Assembly (NCBI GenBank): GCA_041677685.1
Contig: JBAYPN010000004.1
Coordinates: 11,212-43,211 of the forward strand
Reading direction: 5' to 3'
Length of the DNA stretch: 32,000 bases
From: an archaeon
GTDB lineage: Archaea > Iainarchaeota > Iainarchaeia > Iainarchaeales > CSSED10-239
Made by a program: the position numbers and the translations under genes. The notes under the pieces are model-generated. The model had not been told where the DNA came from and ran no database searches. It saw only the letters and a program-made list of their open reading frames with translations. Of this stretch, positions 1 through 9,779 are shown piece by piece (positions within the stretch are counted from its first letter, which is position 1; every line of letters begins with the position of its first letter).

Positions 1-127
1 AAAATTATATATTTTCTGTTCATAAATAATTAATTTAAATTAGATATACCTTTTAAATATATTGTTTCAGAGATATAATAATATTTTATAAGTTGAAAGA
101 AAATTCACTATAGGTTAAAGAAAATAT

Positions 128-1339
128 ATGGTTATAAAAAAAGATCAAGAGCTTAATACTTTTAAAAAATCAATTCTTGGAATACAGATGTTGTTTGTTG
201 CTTTTGGGGCATTAGTCTTAGTTCCGCTACTTATAGGTATTGACCCTTCAGTTGCTTTATTTACAGCAGGTTGTGGAACTTTAATCTTCCATCTAATAAC
301 AAAAGGAAAGGTTCCTGTCTTTTTAGGAAGTTCTTTTGTCTTTATAGTCCCAATTATTGAAGGTGGTGTTCTTTTTGGTTTGCCTGGTGTCTTTGGTGGT
401 TTAATAGTTTCAGGTTTAGTTTTTGTAATTGTGTCTTTGGTTATTAGACAAAAGGGGTTAGAATTTGTTCAAAGAATTTTTCCACCAATCATTGTTGGTC
501 CAGTGATTATGATCATAGGGTTGTCACTTGCATCTACAGGAATTGAGATGGCGTCTTCTAATTGGGTTCTAGCATTAATAACATTATTGACTGCAATAAT
601 CATTGTAGTTTTTGGTAAAAAAAGTATAAAACTTTTACCAGTTATTGGAGGAATTACTGTTGCTTACATTATTGCAATTATTTTAAACAAAGTAGACTTT
701 ACTTTAATAAAGGAAGCTGCATGGTTTTCTGTTCCTCAATTTTTTCTACCATCTTTTAATTTAGGAGCAATTCTTTTCATGTTACCAATTGCAATTGCAC
801 CAATGATTGAGCATATAGGAGATATGTATGCTATAAGCAGTGCAGTTAAGAAAAACTTTGTAAAGGATCCAGGAATACATAGAACCCTTTTAGGAGACGG
901 AATTGCAACTATGTTTGCTGGTTTTTTAGGTGGTCCTCCAAACACCACCTACTCAGAAGTTACAGGTGCAATTATTCTTACAAAGTTGAAAGATCCTTCA
1001 ATCTTAAGGATAGCAGCAGTAACAGCCATAGTCTTTTCATTTGTTGGAAAGATAAGTGGTTTTTTACAAACAATTCCTTCAAGTATTCTTGGAGGTATTA
1101 TGATCCTACTATTTGGAATGATTACTGTTGTTGGAATTAAATCTTTGTCTGAAAATAAAATAAATTTAGATAAAACAAAAAATATGATAATAGTTTCTGT
1201 TATGTTAATTTTTGGAGTGGGGGGAGCAGTAATTTCCTTTGGAACCTTTTCCTTAATTGGAGTAGGTTTAGCCTCTGTTGTTGGAATTGTTCTTAATTTA
1301 ATTTTACCTAACAAAGAAATTAATTTAAAAGATTTATAA
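128..1339 (+). CDS. uraA: Uracil/xanthine permease (NCS2 nucleobase:cation symporter family)
   Basis: 403-aa polytopic membrane ORF. The segments FPPIIVGPVIMIIGLSLAS and GDGIATMFAGFLGGPPNTTYSEVTGAI closely resemble UraA/PyrP-type uracil permeases. Confidence 0.85.
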   Translation: MVIKKDQELNTFKKSILGIQMLFVAFGALVLVPLLIGIDPSVALFTAGCGTLIFHLITKGKVPVFLGSSFVFIVPIIEGGVLFGLPGVFGGLIVSGLVFVIVSLVIRQKGLEFVQRIFPPIIVGPVIMIIGLSLASTGIEMASSNWVLALITLLTAIIIVVFGKKSIKLLPVIGGITVAYIIAIILNKVDFTLIKEAAWFSVPQFFLPSFNLGAILFMLPIAIAPMIEHIGDMYAISSAVKKNFVKDPGIHRTLLGDGIATMFAGFLGGPPNTTYSEVTGAIILTKLKDPSILRIAAVTAIVFSFVGKISGFLQTIPSSILGGIMILLFGMITVVGIKSLSENKINLDKTKNMIIVSVMLIFGVGGAVISFGTFSLIGVGLASVVGIVLNLILPNKEINLKDL

Positions 1340-1358
1340 AAATTAAAAGAGTTGTTTT

Positions 1359-1721
1359 ATGTCAAAAATTATAACTGAATCTAATAACTTATTTGATGGG
1401 CTATCAGAACTAGTTGGTAAAGCTATAGTTGGGTTATTAATTTCTTTCTTTTTACCAATTACTACTAGATTTATAGAGTATACTTTAAACATTACTTGGG
1501 TTGATAACTATTATTTTACAATATCAATAACTATTATAATTAATGTTCTTTATATCTTTAAAAACTATAGACAATCTAATTTATTTTACATTGCTGGGTG
1601 GGTAATTGGAATTAGTGTTTTATTGATGCTAAACATAATTGATGGCTTTAAAGCCTTTGTGTATATCTTGATTCCAATAATTATAATTCTTATAAAAAAT
1701 ATTTTTAATAGAAAAAACTAA
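1359..1721 (+). CDS. Small hydrophobic membrane protein, function unknown
   Basis: 120-aa ORF starting 19 nt after the permease stop on the same strand, with about 3-4 predicted TM helices. No recognisable motif. Confidence 0.5.
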   Translation: MSKIITESNNLFDGLSELVGKAIVGLLISFFLPITTRFIEYTLNITWVDNYYFTISITIIINVLYIFKNYRQSNLFYIAGWVIGISVLLMLNIIDGFKAFVYILIPIIIILIKNIFNRKN

Positions 1722-2443
1722 GGAAGTCTTTCAATTTTGAAAATATAGGTTGGAAGTTTATGATTATTATTTGAAGGTGCAAACTTAAAGTCTAATCTAA
1801 ATCCATTCTTAATCATTGTTCTTTTAATATTGTTTATATGTTCTTCAACAGTTATATTTTTCAAAGGTTTTAATCTATTTGTTCCAAATAAAAAGACTCC
1901 ATTTCTGCTTAAAGAATGTGAGAATTTTAAAATTAGATTCTTATCTAATTCAGAAATGTTATAAAAGACCCCACCAAAAACAGAAGTTATTAAATCATAT
2001 TTTTTAAAGGGTTTAAAATTTTGTGACTTTTGTTTAACTAAGATGTCTACTTTCGAATTTTTAAGGTCAACTCCAGGGGTCAAGGTTATTGCTGTTGTTT
2101 CTGAATTTATGTTTCTCTTTTCAAGTAGACTTTTAAATTCTGTTAGAAATCTTGTTAATCCAGCACCTTCATCCATAATTGTTAATTTAGATTTTTTTGA
2201 ATTTTTAAATCTTTTCAAAACAAATTCTAAGAGAGGTTTACCCTCTAACAATTGAAGGAAAGCATAATTATATTCTTTGTAACCCCTGTTTTTAGGATAA
2301 AGTTCGTGCTTGTTAGTGTAAAGGTTAGAGAGATGTTTTAGTTTCTCTCTAATCACTGGATCTTTTAGTTTTTTATTAATAACATTTTGTTGATCTTTGA
2401 TTCTTGGATCAACAATTGTTTTTTTCTTAAATCTTGGTTTCAA
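1718..2443 (-). CDS. Class I SAM-dependent methyltransferase, substrate unknown
   Basis: Motif I-like IMDEGAGLT, then YDLITSVFG and NGVFLFG in the spacing expected of a Rossmann-fold methyltransferase. TTG start overlaps the stop of the upstream gene (TTGA), suggesting translational coupling. Confidence 0.6.
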   Translation of the reverse strand: MKPRFKKKTIVDPRIKDQQNVINKKLKDPVIREKLKHLSNLYTNKHELYPKNRGYKEYNYAFLQLLEGKPLLEFVLKRFKNSKKSKLTIMDEGAGLTRFLTEFKSLLEKRNINSETTAITLTPGVDLKNSKVDILVKQKSQNFKPFKKYDLITSVFGGVFYNISELDKNLILKFSHSLSRNGVFLFGTNRLKPLKNITVEEHINNIKRTMIKNGFRLDFKFAPSNNNHKLPTYIFKIERLP

Positions 2444-3633
2444 AAAAATCCTCTCACAACAACAATTGGTGTGTTGGCATCAGCTGAACCAGATACCAAG
2501 TCAGCTAAAGAACAAACCAAATTTTCAATTTTTCTAGGAGTTGTTCCTTCTGCAGAAAATGAATCTTTCTTTTGTGTTTTTAGAAATTTCTGTTTTTCAA
2601 TTTCAATTAATTTTAGAATTTCTTTTTTACTTTTTCCTTCATTATATAATTTCTGCATTAAAAATTTTGTTTTAACTCCAATTCTGTTTCTATTTTTAAT
2701 TCCAGGTGTTACTCCAAAGCAAGAAACTGGATCTGCTAGTTCATAGATCCCTGATTCTGGATCCTTATATGCCCCATCCCCATAGATTAAGACTTCAACG
2801 TCTTTTTTAAATTCCTTTTTAATCATTTTTTGTATATTTTTACAAAACACATCTCCATTTTTTGGAGCAAGCTTTATTGTCTCATTAACAGGATCTAATA
2901 TGTTTGAGCCTAACAACCCATATTCAGAATATACTTTTTTAGAAGGGTCATTAAAAACATGTTGTAAGCTAATTGTTTTTTTATATTTTCTTGCCTTTAA
3001 AGCATTTAAAGTATCTTCTCTATGATGCACATTACAAACAATAATTGCATCTGGTTTGTTTTCAACCATATACTTTGTGGAGTTTGCTAAATAGACTTCT
3101 GCTTTTGCACCTTCTTTGTTAATAATGTCTTTATATAAAGAAATATAATCAACAGAAGTTTCAGGATGTATATATCTATTTTTCCCTATTTCTTTTTCAC
3201 TTATTTTATCTTCAAAGCTTTTTTTAAGTTTTTTAGAATAAAATTCTTTGTTAATTATTTGATTTCCTTGTTCATCATCAGGGAACAACAATTGAATAAT
3301 TACTTTACCTTTTGGAACTGTTCTTGCAATTGCTTTTAACAGCATTGAAAATCTGTTTCTTGAAAGTATTGGATAAAGTAAGCCAACAGTTGAGTCTTCT
3401 TTTAGTTTCAATTTTGATTTAATTTGAGTTACTACACTATCAAGTGTTACAAAATTATGTTGTGTAATTCCAACAATTGCTTCAGTTATACAGACAATGT
3501 CTCCTGTCTGAATCATTGATTTATTTTTAAGAAAATATTTCTTAATAACATCAGAAATATTATCATCAAAAGTTATTATCCCTGTCTTAATTCCAAAAGA
3601 AACAACTCCAACATCTTTACTATTAATTTTCAT
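2440..3633 (-). CDS. CofE-like protein (F420-0:gamma-glutamyl ligase superfamily), atypically long
   Basis: N-terminal GDIVCITEAIVGITQ and C-terminal SLADLVSGSADANTPIVVVRGF parallel the CofE motifs GDVLVV.S..ISKAEG and A.LLMGE...G.P.VVVRG. At 397 aa it is longer than the roughly 250 aa of canonical CofE, with a long central insertion. Confidence 0.5.
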   Translation of the reverse strand: MKINSKDVGVVSFGIKTGIITFDDNISDVIKKYFLKNKSMIQTGDIVCITEAIVGITQHNFVTLDSVVTQIKSKLKLKEDSTVGLLYPILSRNRFSMLLKAIARTVPKGKVIIQLLFPDDEQGNQIINKEFYSKKLKKSFEDKISEKEIGKNRYIHPETSVDYISLYKDIINKEGAKAEVYLANSTKYMVENKPDAIIVCNVHHREDTLNALKARKYKKTISLQHVFNDPSKKVYSEYGLLGSNILDPVNETIKLAPKNGDVFCKNIQKMIKKEFKKDVEVLIYGDGAYKDPESGIYELADPVSCFGVTPGIKNRNRIGVKTKFLMQKLYNEGKSKKEILKLIEIEKQKFLKTQKKDSFSAEGTTPRKIENLVCSLADLVSGSADANTPIVVVRGFF

Positions 3634-3807
3634 AAATATTTCTCCTTATTTTTATCTTTTAATATTTTTTTCTTTTATAAAAATTTTTTAGTCAAAATTT
3701 AAATTCTTAGACTATATTATGATTATTAGACTATACATTTATAAATATTTTGAACTATATTTTAATGCTTTTTTAAAAAATTAAGAAATTAGGTGGGGTT
3801 AGTAAAT

Positions 3808-4209
3808 ATGTTATACAATTATTGTCCAAATTGCTATTCTCTAAATGTAGGTTATAAGCCTGAGACTAGACAACATAAATGTAATTCTTGTGGGTTTCTT
3901 GGAACTTGTAGACAAGATAGTATAGATAAGATTAATGAACTTAGAAAAGGTAAAACTTTAACAAGTCAAACATCTGCAAAAACAAAAGAAAGAGAAGAAT
4001 TTAATTTAAATTTAGATGATGACAACTTTGGTTTAGATTCAATTGAAGATTATGATGATGAAAAAAAACCAACTACAAGTAATATTCCTAGATATTCAAG
4101 TAAAGAGAGGCCAAGTCAAAAGTCAGCAAATGCAGACATTGGTGCTGATCAAAGAGTTAAAAAGAAATTTGGGGACAAGTCTGTAAATAGTGATTGGGAA
4201 TTATTATAA
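3808..4209 (+). CDS. Zinc-ribbon protein with a long charged, probably disordered tail
   Basis: CPNC-x17-CNSC four-Cys ribbon at the N-terminus. I chose ATG 3808, preceded by AGGTGG (3791-3796), over the GTG at 3793 used in the ORF track. Confidence 0.6.
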   Translation: MLYNYCPNCYSLNVGYKPETRQHKCNSCGFLGTCRQDSIDKINELRKGKTLTSQTSAKTKEREEFNLNLDDDNFGLDSIEDYDDEKKPTTSNIPRYSSKERPSQKSANADIGADQRVKKKFGDKSVNSDWELL

Positions 4210-4276
4210 TTTATTTTTTTATATTTTTGTTTTTAGTTTCCTTTCTTAAAATCTAAAATTATTTTTTTATTTGAAA

Positions 4277-5128
4277 TTATAATTTTTCATAAGTCTTTTT
4301 TAGAAGTAAAGCATCTCCAATTATGTTAGGAGATTCACAAATAACTGTTCCTTTTGCTTTATTATCTTTTAATTTCTCTAAGATTCTTTTATATGGGAAA
4401 TCTGCATCCTTAAAGATAAGATGATTTTTCTCTCCTTTTTCTGAATAGTTGATTCCTGACATATGTATGTGGATGTCATTAAATATTTTTGGATGAGTGT
4501 TTAGTTCTTCGAAGAAAGAATCAATGTTTTTAGGATTATTAAAATACCCATTCTCTCTTGCATGTTGGTGTGCAAAATCAATTACAGGATGTACAAATTT
4601 TGGAAACTTGTCAAGAAAATAAAAGATTTCAGACAAAGATCCTACTTGTGTTTTTTTACCAGTAAGTTCAATTCCTAATTTTACATCTCCCTCATATTTA
4701 TCTTGAATAATTTCAATTTGTCTTGAAATGTTTTCTAAAACTTTTTTAGGCTCTTGTTTTAAAAAATAACCAATATGACAAACAATTACTCTTGCACCAA
4801 TTTTCTGTCCAACATTTAATGAGTCTAAAATATACCTCTGAGAATTATTTATTTTATGTTTCTCTACAGCATTAAGGTTTATAAAATAAGGAGCGTGGAC
4901 ACTAAGATTAACTTTTGATTTATCAGAATTATTTTTAATTTCTTCTAATCTCTCAGGAATTGATTTTTTAAGATACACTCCTCTAACAAATTCAATTTCA
5001 AGTGCAGACAACCCTAACTTAGATATTTCTAAAATAGCATCTGCTGTTGGATTTTTGCTATTATTTAGTATATTTAAGTTACCTGCCCCAAAACCAGCAG
5101 GCCCAAAGTGTAATTTTTCAAAACTCAT
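4277..5128 (-). CDS. nfo: Endonuclease IV family AP endonuclease (xylose isomerase-like TIM barrel)
   Basis: Colinear with E. coli Nfo metal-ligand blocks: HAPYFINLN (HDSYLINLG), VCHIGYF (NFHPGSH), GIELTGKK (VIENTAGQG), VIDFAHQHA (CIDTCHAFA), IHIHMSG (GMHLNDA), VICESPN (LILETIN). Confidence 0.8.
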   Translation of the reverse strand: MSFEKLHFGPAGFGAGNLNILNNSKNPTADAILEISKLGLSALEIEFVRGVYLKKSIPERLEEIKNNSDKSKVNLSVHAPYFINLNAVEKHKINNSQRYILDSLNVGQKIGARVIVCHIGYFLKQEPKKVLENISRQIEIIQDKYEGDVKLGIELTGKKTQVGSLSEIFYFLDKFPKFVHPVIDFAHQHARENGYFNNPKNIDSFFEELNTHPKIFNDIHIHMSGINYSEKGEKNHLIFKDADFPYKRILEKLKDNKAKGTVICESPNIIGDALLLKKTYEKL

Positions 5129-5230
5129 TTTCTAGCACCAATCTTTTAAAATTTAAATTAATTGTACATTTAATTTTATTTTAAATGTTACATTTTGTTT
5201 AAAATTACTACAATTAAATAATTTTATTTT

Positions 5231-5416
5231 CTACTCTTCAATTGTAATACACGCAACTGGACAAACATCTGCAGCCTGTCTATTACAACCAACCTCTTTT
5301 ACTTCTGTCTTGATTGGCTTTGGCTTAGCTCCAACAAACTTCCAATTTTCAGGGCAAACTGAAACACAAGCTCCGCAACCAATGCATGCCTCATTATCTT
5401 GTTTAATCTTTACCAT
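5231..5416 (-). CDS. Small 4Fe-4S ferredoxin
   Basis: 61 aa with CIGCGACVSVCP plus a distal CPVACI. Length and layout resemble Pyrococcus/Thermotoga-type monocluster ferredoxins. Confidence 0.85.
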   Translation of the reverse strand: MVKIKQDNEACIGCGACVSVCPENWKFVGAKPKPIKTEVKEVGCNRQAADVCPVACITIEE

Positions 5417-5625
5417 CCTTAAAACACTTCCTTTCTTGTTTTTGTTTTTTCACAATTTTTTTTTAATTTAAATATTCTTCAACTTAATTTTCATATCAAC
5501 TATCAGATTAATATTTTCTAATAGCCTCTATCCTATAGATAGAAAATAAACAAATATATAAATGTTTCTTTTTACTTATTAAATAATAGTCTTACAATAT
5601 AAAATATAATTACAAAAGTTTAATT

Positions 5626-7857
5626 ATGATAGAAAAGATAAAACCACCAAGAGGAACACCTGGTGAAATATACAAGTCAATCTCTGTTGATTCAAGAGAC
5701 TTCTCTATAGATGAAAATAAACTTTTTAAAAAAAAAGAAAATGGTTATATTCTTTTTTGTAAAAGTATTTATAAAAAATTTCCTGGACTTGGAAAAAATG
5801 GAAAGTACAATTCTGAATATAAGTCTGCAGTTGATTTTCTAAGGTGGGACCTAAAAGCAGAAGAGTATACAGCAGGTACAAAGTTTGTATTTTTATTTGG
5901 AATACTTGCAGCAATAATTATTTCTTTTTTAATATACATGTATGGCTTAGAGTCTTTAAAATCATTGTTTGGAAACATATACATCCCCATAATGATTACC
6001 TTTGGTCTACCAATCATAATTTTTATATACATCTTTACTACCTTTCAAAAGTACCCATTAACCCAAGTTGGTTATGAGAAAGTAAGAGCATTGACTTTTG
6101 TTCCTGAAATTTTAGGGTATATGATAATGTCAATGAAGCTTGTACCAAACTTAGAAAAAGCAATTGAATTTGCATCCAACCATGGTCACGGAAAAGTAGC
6201 AGATGACCTTAAAAATCTATTATGGGAAGTTAAGGTAGGAATTAAGGGAAGTGTTTCAGAAGCCCTTGATGGTTTGGCATACAAATGGGGAGAAGTCTCT
6301 GAAGAACTAAAAAAAGCTTTAATGAAAATAAGGTCTTCAGTTATTGAAATTTCAGAAGCAAAAAGATACCAAATCCTAGATCAGACAATGGATGACACTC
6401 TAACCTCAATTAAAGGCAAGTTAGAAGATTATGCAAGAAGTCTATCTCAACCAAGCATGGTTATCTTTTACATAGGAGTTTTACTTCCTTTACTTTTAAT
6501 TATTATTCTACCAATTGGTTCTGCATTTTCAGGCTCAGCTCTAGCAAGACCAATCTACCTAATCTTAATTTACAATTTTGCAATCCCCATTGGGTGTTTA
6601 GTTTATGCAAGAAGCATAATTAGAAATAGACCAGCCACATATGTTCCTGCTGTGATTCCTAATAAACATCCTGACCTTCCTAAAAGAAACACAATTAAAA
6701 TTGGAAAATCTTCAATTAATGTTTTTTTAATAATAATTTTAGTTGTTGGAACACTTGTTATTGGTAGTCTTTTTTTACAATCTAATTTTGGAAAAACAAA
6801 ATATAATGTGTTATTAAATGCAGGGTATATAAAAGAAGGAGAATCAATAACTGCTGCAGAATTTAATTGTTCAAAAGAAGAACTTGCCCTAAAAGCAGAA
6901 AATCCAAAAATATTATGTCAAGCTGAAACTGAATTTTGGCAAGACCCTGATAATGATGTAACTCCTTATTTTTTAATCTATGGTCTACTGATTGCCTTTA
7001 GTTTAGGTTTCTCATTATTACTTTATTCTCAAAGTATTTACAAAAGAAAAATTCAACTTGAGTCTGAAAGGATGGAATATGAGTTTAAAGATGCACTTTA
7101 CATAATTGCAAGTAGGCTTGGAGAAAATAAACCAATTGAGGATGCCTTAGCACACACTAGGGATTTTTTATCAAAATCATTAATTTCTAAAAGTATTTTT
7201 GCAAAAGCAATTGACAATATTAGGATTCTTGGTTTTAATTTAAATTCTGCATTGTTTGATGAAAATTATGGAGCTCTTAAAAATAATCCTTCAACAATTA
7301 TTAACAGTGCAATGAGGTTGATGGTTGATTCTGTACAGTTGGGGGTTTCAGTTGCTGCAAAGACTTTGATGTCTTACTCTATGCAATTAAGAAACACTGA
7401 TGAAGTTACAAAGACTTTAAAAGATTTGATTAGTGGAATTACTGGAACCTTAAACAGTATGGCTAAATTTATTGCTCCGATTGTTTTAGGAATAACTACT
7501 GGTCTTCAAAAAATAGTAATCTCAACTCTAACCTCTATTTCAAATAGTGGAGCTTTACAAGAAGTAAGTTCAGCAATTGAAGGTGTAGGAACTGCAATTG
7601 GAGGCACAGTAAACACAGCAAGTATTGAGGGCATGGCAACAATTGATCCAGCAACAATAGCACAACTTGCAAGCTCTACAACTTTTTTGATAATTGTTGC
7701 AATTTATGTAATTGAGATTGTTATTATTATAACTTACTTTACAACAATGATAGAGGAAGACAACCTTGTTCTTGCTAAACTAAAGATTGCAAAAACATTA
7801 CCAGTTGCAGTTATTTTGTTTATCTTAACAACTATCTTTACAAATATGTTATTTTGA
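5626..7857 (+). CDS. FlaJ/TadC/PilC-like polytopic platform protein of a type IV filament system (two T2SS-F-like repeats)
   Basis: 743 aa and many TM helices. Two cytoplasmic segments have the T2SS-F pattern, each followed by TM helices: VPEILGYMIMSMKLVPNLEKAIEFASNHGHGKVADDLKNLLWEVKVGIKGSVSEALDGL and FKDALYIIASRLGENKPIEDALAHTRDFLSKS...NSAMRLMVDSVQLG. It is the first gene of the pilin cluster. Confidence 0.6.
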   Translation: MIEKIKPPRGTPGEIYKSISVDSRDFSIDENKLFKKKENGYILFCKSIYKKFPGLGKNGKYNSEYKSAVDFLRWDLKAEEYTAGTKFVFLFGILAAIIISFLIYMYGLESLKSLFGNIYIPIMITFGLPIIIFIYIFTTFQKYPLTQVGYEKVRALTFVPEILGYMIMSMKLVPNLEKAIEFASNHGHGKVADDLKNLLWEVKVGIKGSVSEALDGLAYKWGEVSEELKKALMKIRSSVIEISEAKRYQILDQTMDDTLTSIKGKLEDYARSLSQPSMVIFYIGVLLPLLLIIILPIGSAFSGSALARPIYLILIYNFAIPIGCLVYARSIIRNRPATYVPAVIPNKHPDLPKRNTIKIGKSSINVFLIIILVVGTLVIGSLFLQSNFGKTKYNVLLNAGYIKEGESITAAEFNCSKEELALKAENPKILCQAETEFWQDPDNDVTPYFLIYGLLIAFSLGFSLLLYSQSIYKRKIQLESERMEYEFKDALYIIASRLGENKPIEDALAHTRDFLSKSLISKSIFAKAIDNIRILGFNLNSALFDENYGALKNNPSTIINSAMRLMVDSVQLGVSVAAKTLMSYSMQLRNTDEVTKTLKDLISGITGTLNSMAKFIAPIVLGITTGLQKIVISTLTSISNSGALQEVSSAIEGVGTAIGGTVNTASIEGMATIDPATIAQLASSTTFLIIVAIYVIEIVIIITYFTTMIEEDNLVLAKLKIAKTLPVAVILFILTTIFTNMLF

Positions 7858-7988
7858 AAATATATATTTGAAATTTAAATTATAAGGTTAGGTTTAGGTT
7901 ATAAAAAATAAAAAATTAATAATTGAAAAAGAAAGATAAAAAGAATTATTCAAAATAATTGAAAAAAAATTATAAAAAGAAAGAGAAT

Positions 7989-8492
7989 ATGAAACTTGTA
8001 AAACATACAGAGAGAGGACAAGCCTTTGAAGTTTATAGACTATTGATTGCATTTATCATAGCTGTAGCTGTTATGTCAATCATTATTGTTATGGTTCAAA
8101 AAACAAATAAAGAATCAATTCTTTTAAGTTATCAAAATTTAGAACAAGGTTTTATCTCTGCAACTAAAAGTCCTGGGACAAGTAGTAAAATGCCTTTTGT
8201 TATTGAGGATCTAAAATTGAAAGGAATGATAACTAAAAAAAAACTTTCAACAATTAGTGGACTTAAAGAAGAATGTATTATCTTTGATGCAGGACCAGGA
8301 ATTGAAAAAACAGATATTGGTGTTGAGATTAATAAGATTTTAAAATTTGATACAACAGTTTATTGTAATTTTGGAAATGTTGATATTTTAGAAACTCCAA
8401 TTATTCAGTTGTTAGAAAATAATACCCTTGAGAATTGCCCAGTATATTGTATAGTCTTTATGAACAAAAATCCAAAAGATATTTATCCATAA
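7989..8492 (+). CDS. Pilin-like protein with class III signal peptide
   Basis: From ATG 7989: MKLVKHTERG/QAFEVYRLLIAFIIAVAVMSIIIVMV. This is a basic leader, then RG, then Gln +1, then a hydrophobic helix. Five Cys lie in the globular part. The track start at 7959 is a TTG extension. Confidence 0.65.
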   Translation: MKLVKHTERGQAFEVYRLLIAFIIAVAVMSIIIVMVQKTNKESILLSYQNLEQGFISATKSPGTSSKMPFVIEDLKLKGMITKKKLSTISGLKEECIIFDAGPGIEKTDIGVEINKILKFDTTVYCNFGNVDILETPIIQLLENNTLENCPVYCIVFMNKNPKDIYP

Positions 8493-8562
8493 AATTTAAA
8501 ATAAGAATTAAAAACTATAATTATAAAAATAGAATCTAAAAAAAATAAAATTGAAGAAATTT

Positions 8563-9066
8563 ATGTTAAAAAAGAAAAACATTTTTAGTAAATTAAAATA
8601 TCTAATAATTGCAATTATAATTTTAGTTCTTGGTTATTTTTTTGGGATTATTATTCTGTCAGTAATTGCAATAATAATTGTTTTAATTTCTATATTTTTT
8701 ATAATCAGTTTGTTTTTTAGTAAAAGTCTATTAGCTTTAACAAACAGAAAGGTAAGATTGTTTATTGCTATGATCTTTTCAGGAGCTTTAAGTTATCTAA
8801 TAATATATTTGTTAAGAAATCAGATTTTTAAAATTTCTTCTCAAGTTACACAAATAATTTTAATTTGGGTAATTGCTACACTGATGTTTGGAACATTATG
8901 GAATATTCTTGTAATTAGTAAAAGGAGAGTGTATTTAAAGGATAATGTTATAGATTATAATAAGATTGGAGAAAATAGAAATTTAAAATTTAGAGATTTT
9001 GTTTTTATTTTAGTAATTCCAACAATAATCACTTTAATTTTTAATGTTCTTTATGTTGTTATTTAA
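8563..9066 (+). CDS. Polytopic membrane protein of unknown function inside the pilin cluster
   Basis: About 167 aa from ATG 8563, with 4-5 TM helices. No class III motif and no GxGD-type peptidase motif. Confidence 0.45.
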   Translation: MLKKKNIFSKLKYLIIAIIILVLGYFFGIIILSVIAIIIVLISIFFIISLFFSKSLLALTNRKVRLFIAMIFSGALSYLIIYLLRNQIFKISSQVTQIILIWVIATLMFGTLWNILVISKRRVYLKDNVIDYNKIGENRNLKFRDFVFILVIPTIITLIFNVLYVVI

Positions 9067-9071
9067 ACAAG

Positions 9072-9111
9072 ATACATTTAAATATGTTTTGTCTTAAATT
9101 TTAAATATAAT
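9072..9111 (+). promoter_or_regulatory. Putative promoter block (TATA-like TTTAAATA) of pilin copy A; 40 nt identical to 10069-10108
   Basis: ATACATTTAAATATGTTTTGTCTTAAATTTTAAATATAAT occurs identically upstream of both pilin paralogues. It lies about 70-110 nt upstream of ATG 9182, and AGGAGG is at 9168-9173. Confidence 0.4.
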
Positions 9112-9181
9112 ATTAAATTTTAAAATCTAAAAGTTAATGTTTATATAATAAAAATAATATTTATTCTAGGAGGAAAATAAT

Positions 9182-9739
9182 ATGTCAAATTTAATTAATC
9201 AAAAAGGTCAAGCTTTTTCAACCTTTCAATTATTAATTGCAGCTGTAGTTGCTTTAGCTTTACTTGGTGTTCTAATGCCAATTATCATGGGTAACTTTTC
9301 AATAGGTAAAAGTCCAAGTGATTCTGCACAACAATATGCAAAAACACAAATTAATAATGCTGGTAGTTTAAATTACACAGACACATTAAAATTTAAAAAA
9401 GATGATTCAATCTCAGCAACAGGTGTGGCTGATGGAATTGATGTAGACAGAGACCAAGTTTATGTAGTAGTTCCAACGGATCTAATTGGTAACACATTTA
9501 GTGATCCTAGTACTTCAAGTTATAAACAAACAAAATATTTAAAGAGTACAAAAGCAGATTACAAAATTGGTGTTATTTGTGATTATAAAGAAAGTATAGA
9601 AGTAAGTTTAGGATATAATGGTCTTACTGGTGGACCAAATAATGAAGATGATTTTTTCTCAATAATTAAAGATTTAGATGATTTTAAAGATCTTGACAAT
9701 AGCATAAAAGTTTGTATCCTATTTCCAAAGAGAGGATAG
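9182..9739 (+). CDS. Major pilin candidate (class III signal peptide, Gln +1)
   Basis: MSNLINQKG/QAFSTFQLLIAAVVALALLGVLMPII, with a perfect AGGAGG 8 nt upstream. The globular domain of about 150 aa has 2 Cys. A near-identical paralogue lies about 1 kb downstream. Confidence 0.7.
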   Translation: MSNLINQKGQAFSTFQLLIAAVVALALLGVLMPIIMGNFSIGKSPSDSAQQYAKTQINNAGSLNYTDTLKFKKDDSISATGVADGIDVDRDQVYVVVPTDLIGNTFSDPSTSSYKQTKYLKSTKADYKIGVICDYKESIEVSLGYNGLTGGPNNEDDFFSIIKDLDDFKDLDNSIKVCILFPKRG

Positions 9740-9779
9740 TAACTTATAAAAAATATAATTTAGAAAGAAGAGAAATATT

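Noticed and set aside
736-1314. Two antisense ORFs (70 and 121 aa) inside the permease gene
   Set aside because: They are fully embedded opposite a confidently identified NCS2 permease. Their composition is typical of a shadow frame, and they have no motifs or start context.
2043-2746. Plus-strand ORFs 2043-2255 and 2387-2746
   Set aside because: They are antisense to the methyltransferase and CofE-like genes, which carry recognisable motifs. The translations are low-complexity, Phe/Leu/Ser-rich shadow frames.
3707-3759. Short direct repeats TTAGACTATA (3707, 3726) and a similar TGAACTATA (3751) around a TATA-like box in the divergent intergenic region
   Set aside because: They are only 9-10 nt long in a region that is nearly all A/T, so chance recurrence is plausible. 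I noted them but consider them too weak to call a regulatory site.
5726-6077. Three short overlapping ORFs on both strands within the 5-prime part of the platform gene
   Set aside because: They are embedded in a 743-aa continuous ORF with a coherent TM/T2SS-F-like architecture. The translations are implausible.
8563-9066. The polytopic membrane protein in the pilin cluster as the missing prepilin peptidase
   Set aside because: It is too small (about 167 aa). It lacks the paired catalytic Asp motifs (GxGD-like) of A24/PibD/FlaK peptidases, and its only Asp residues lie in one soluble loop.
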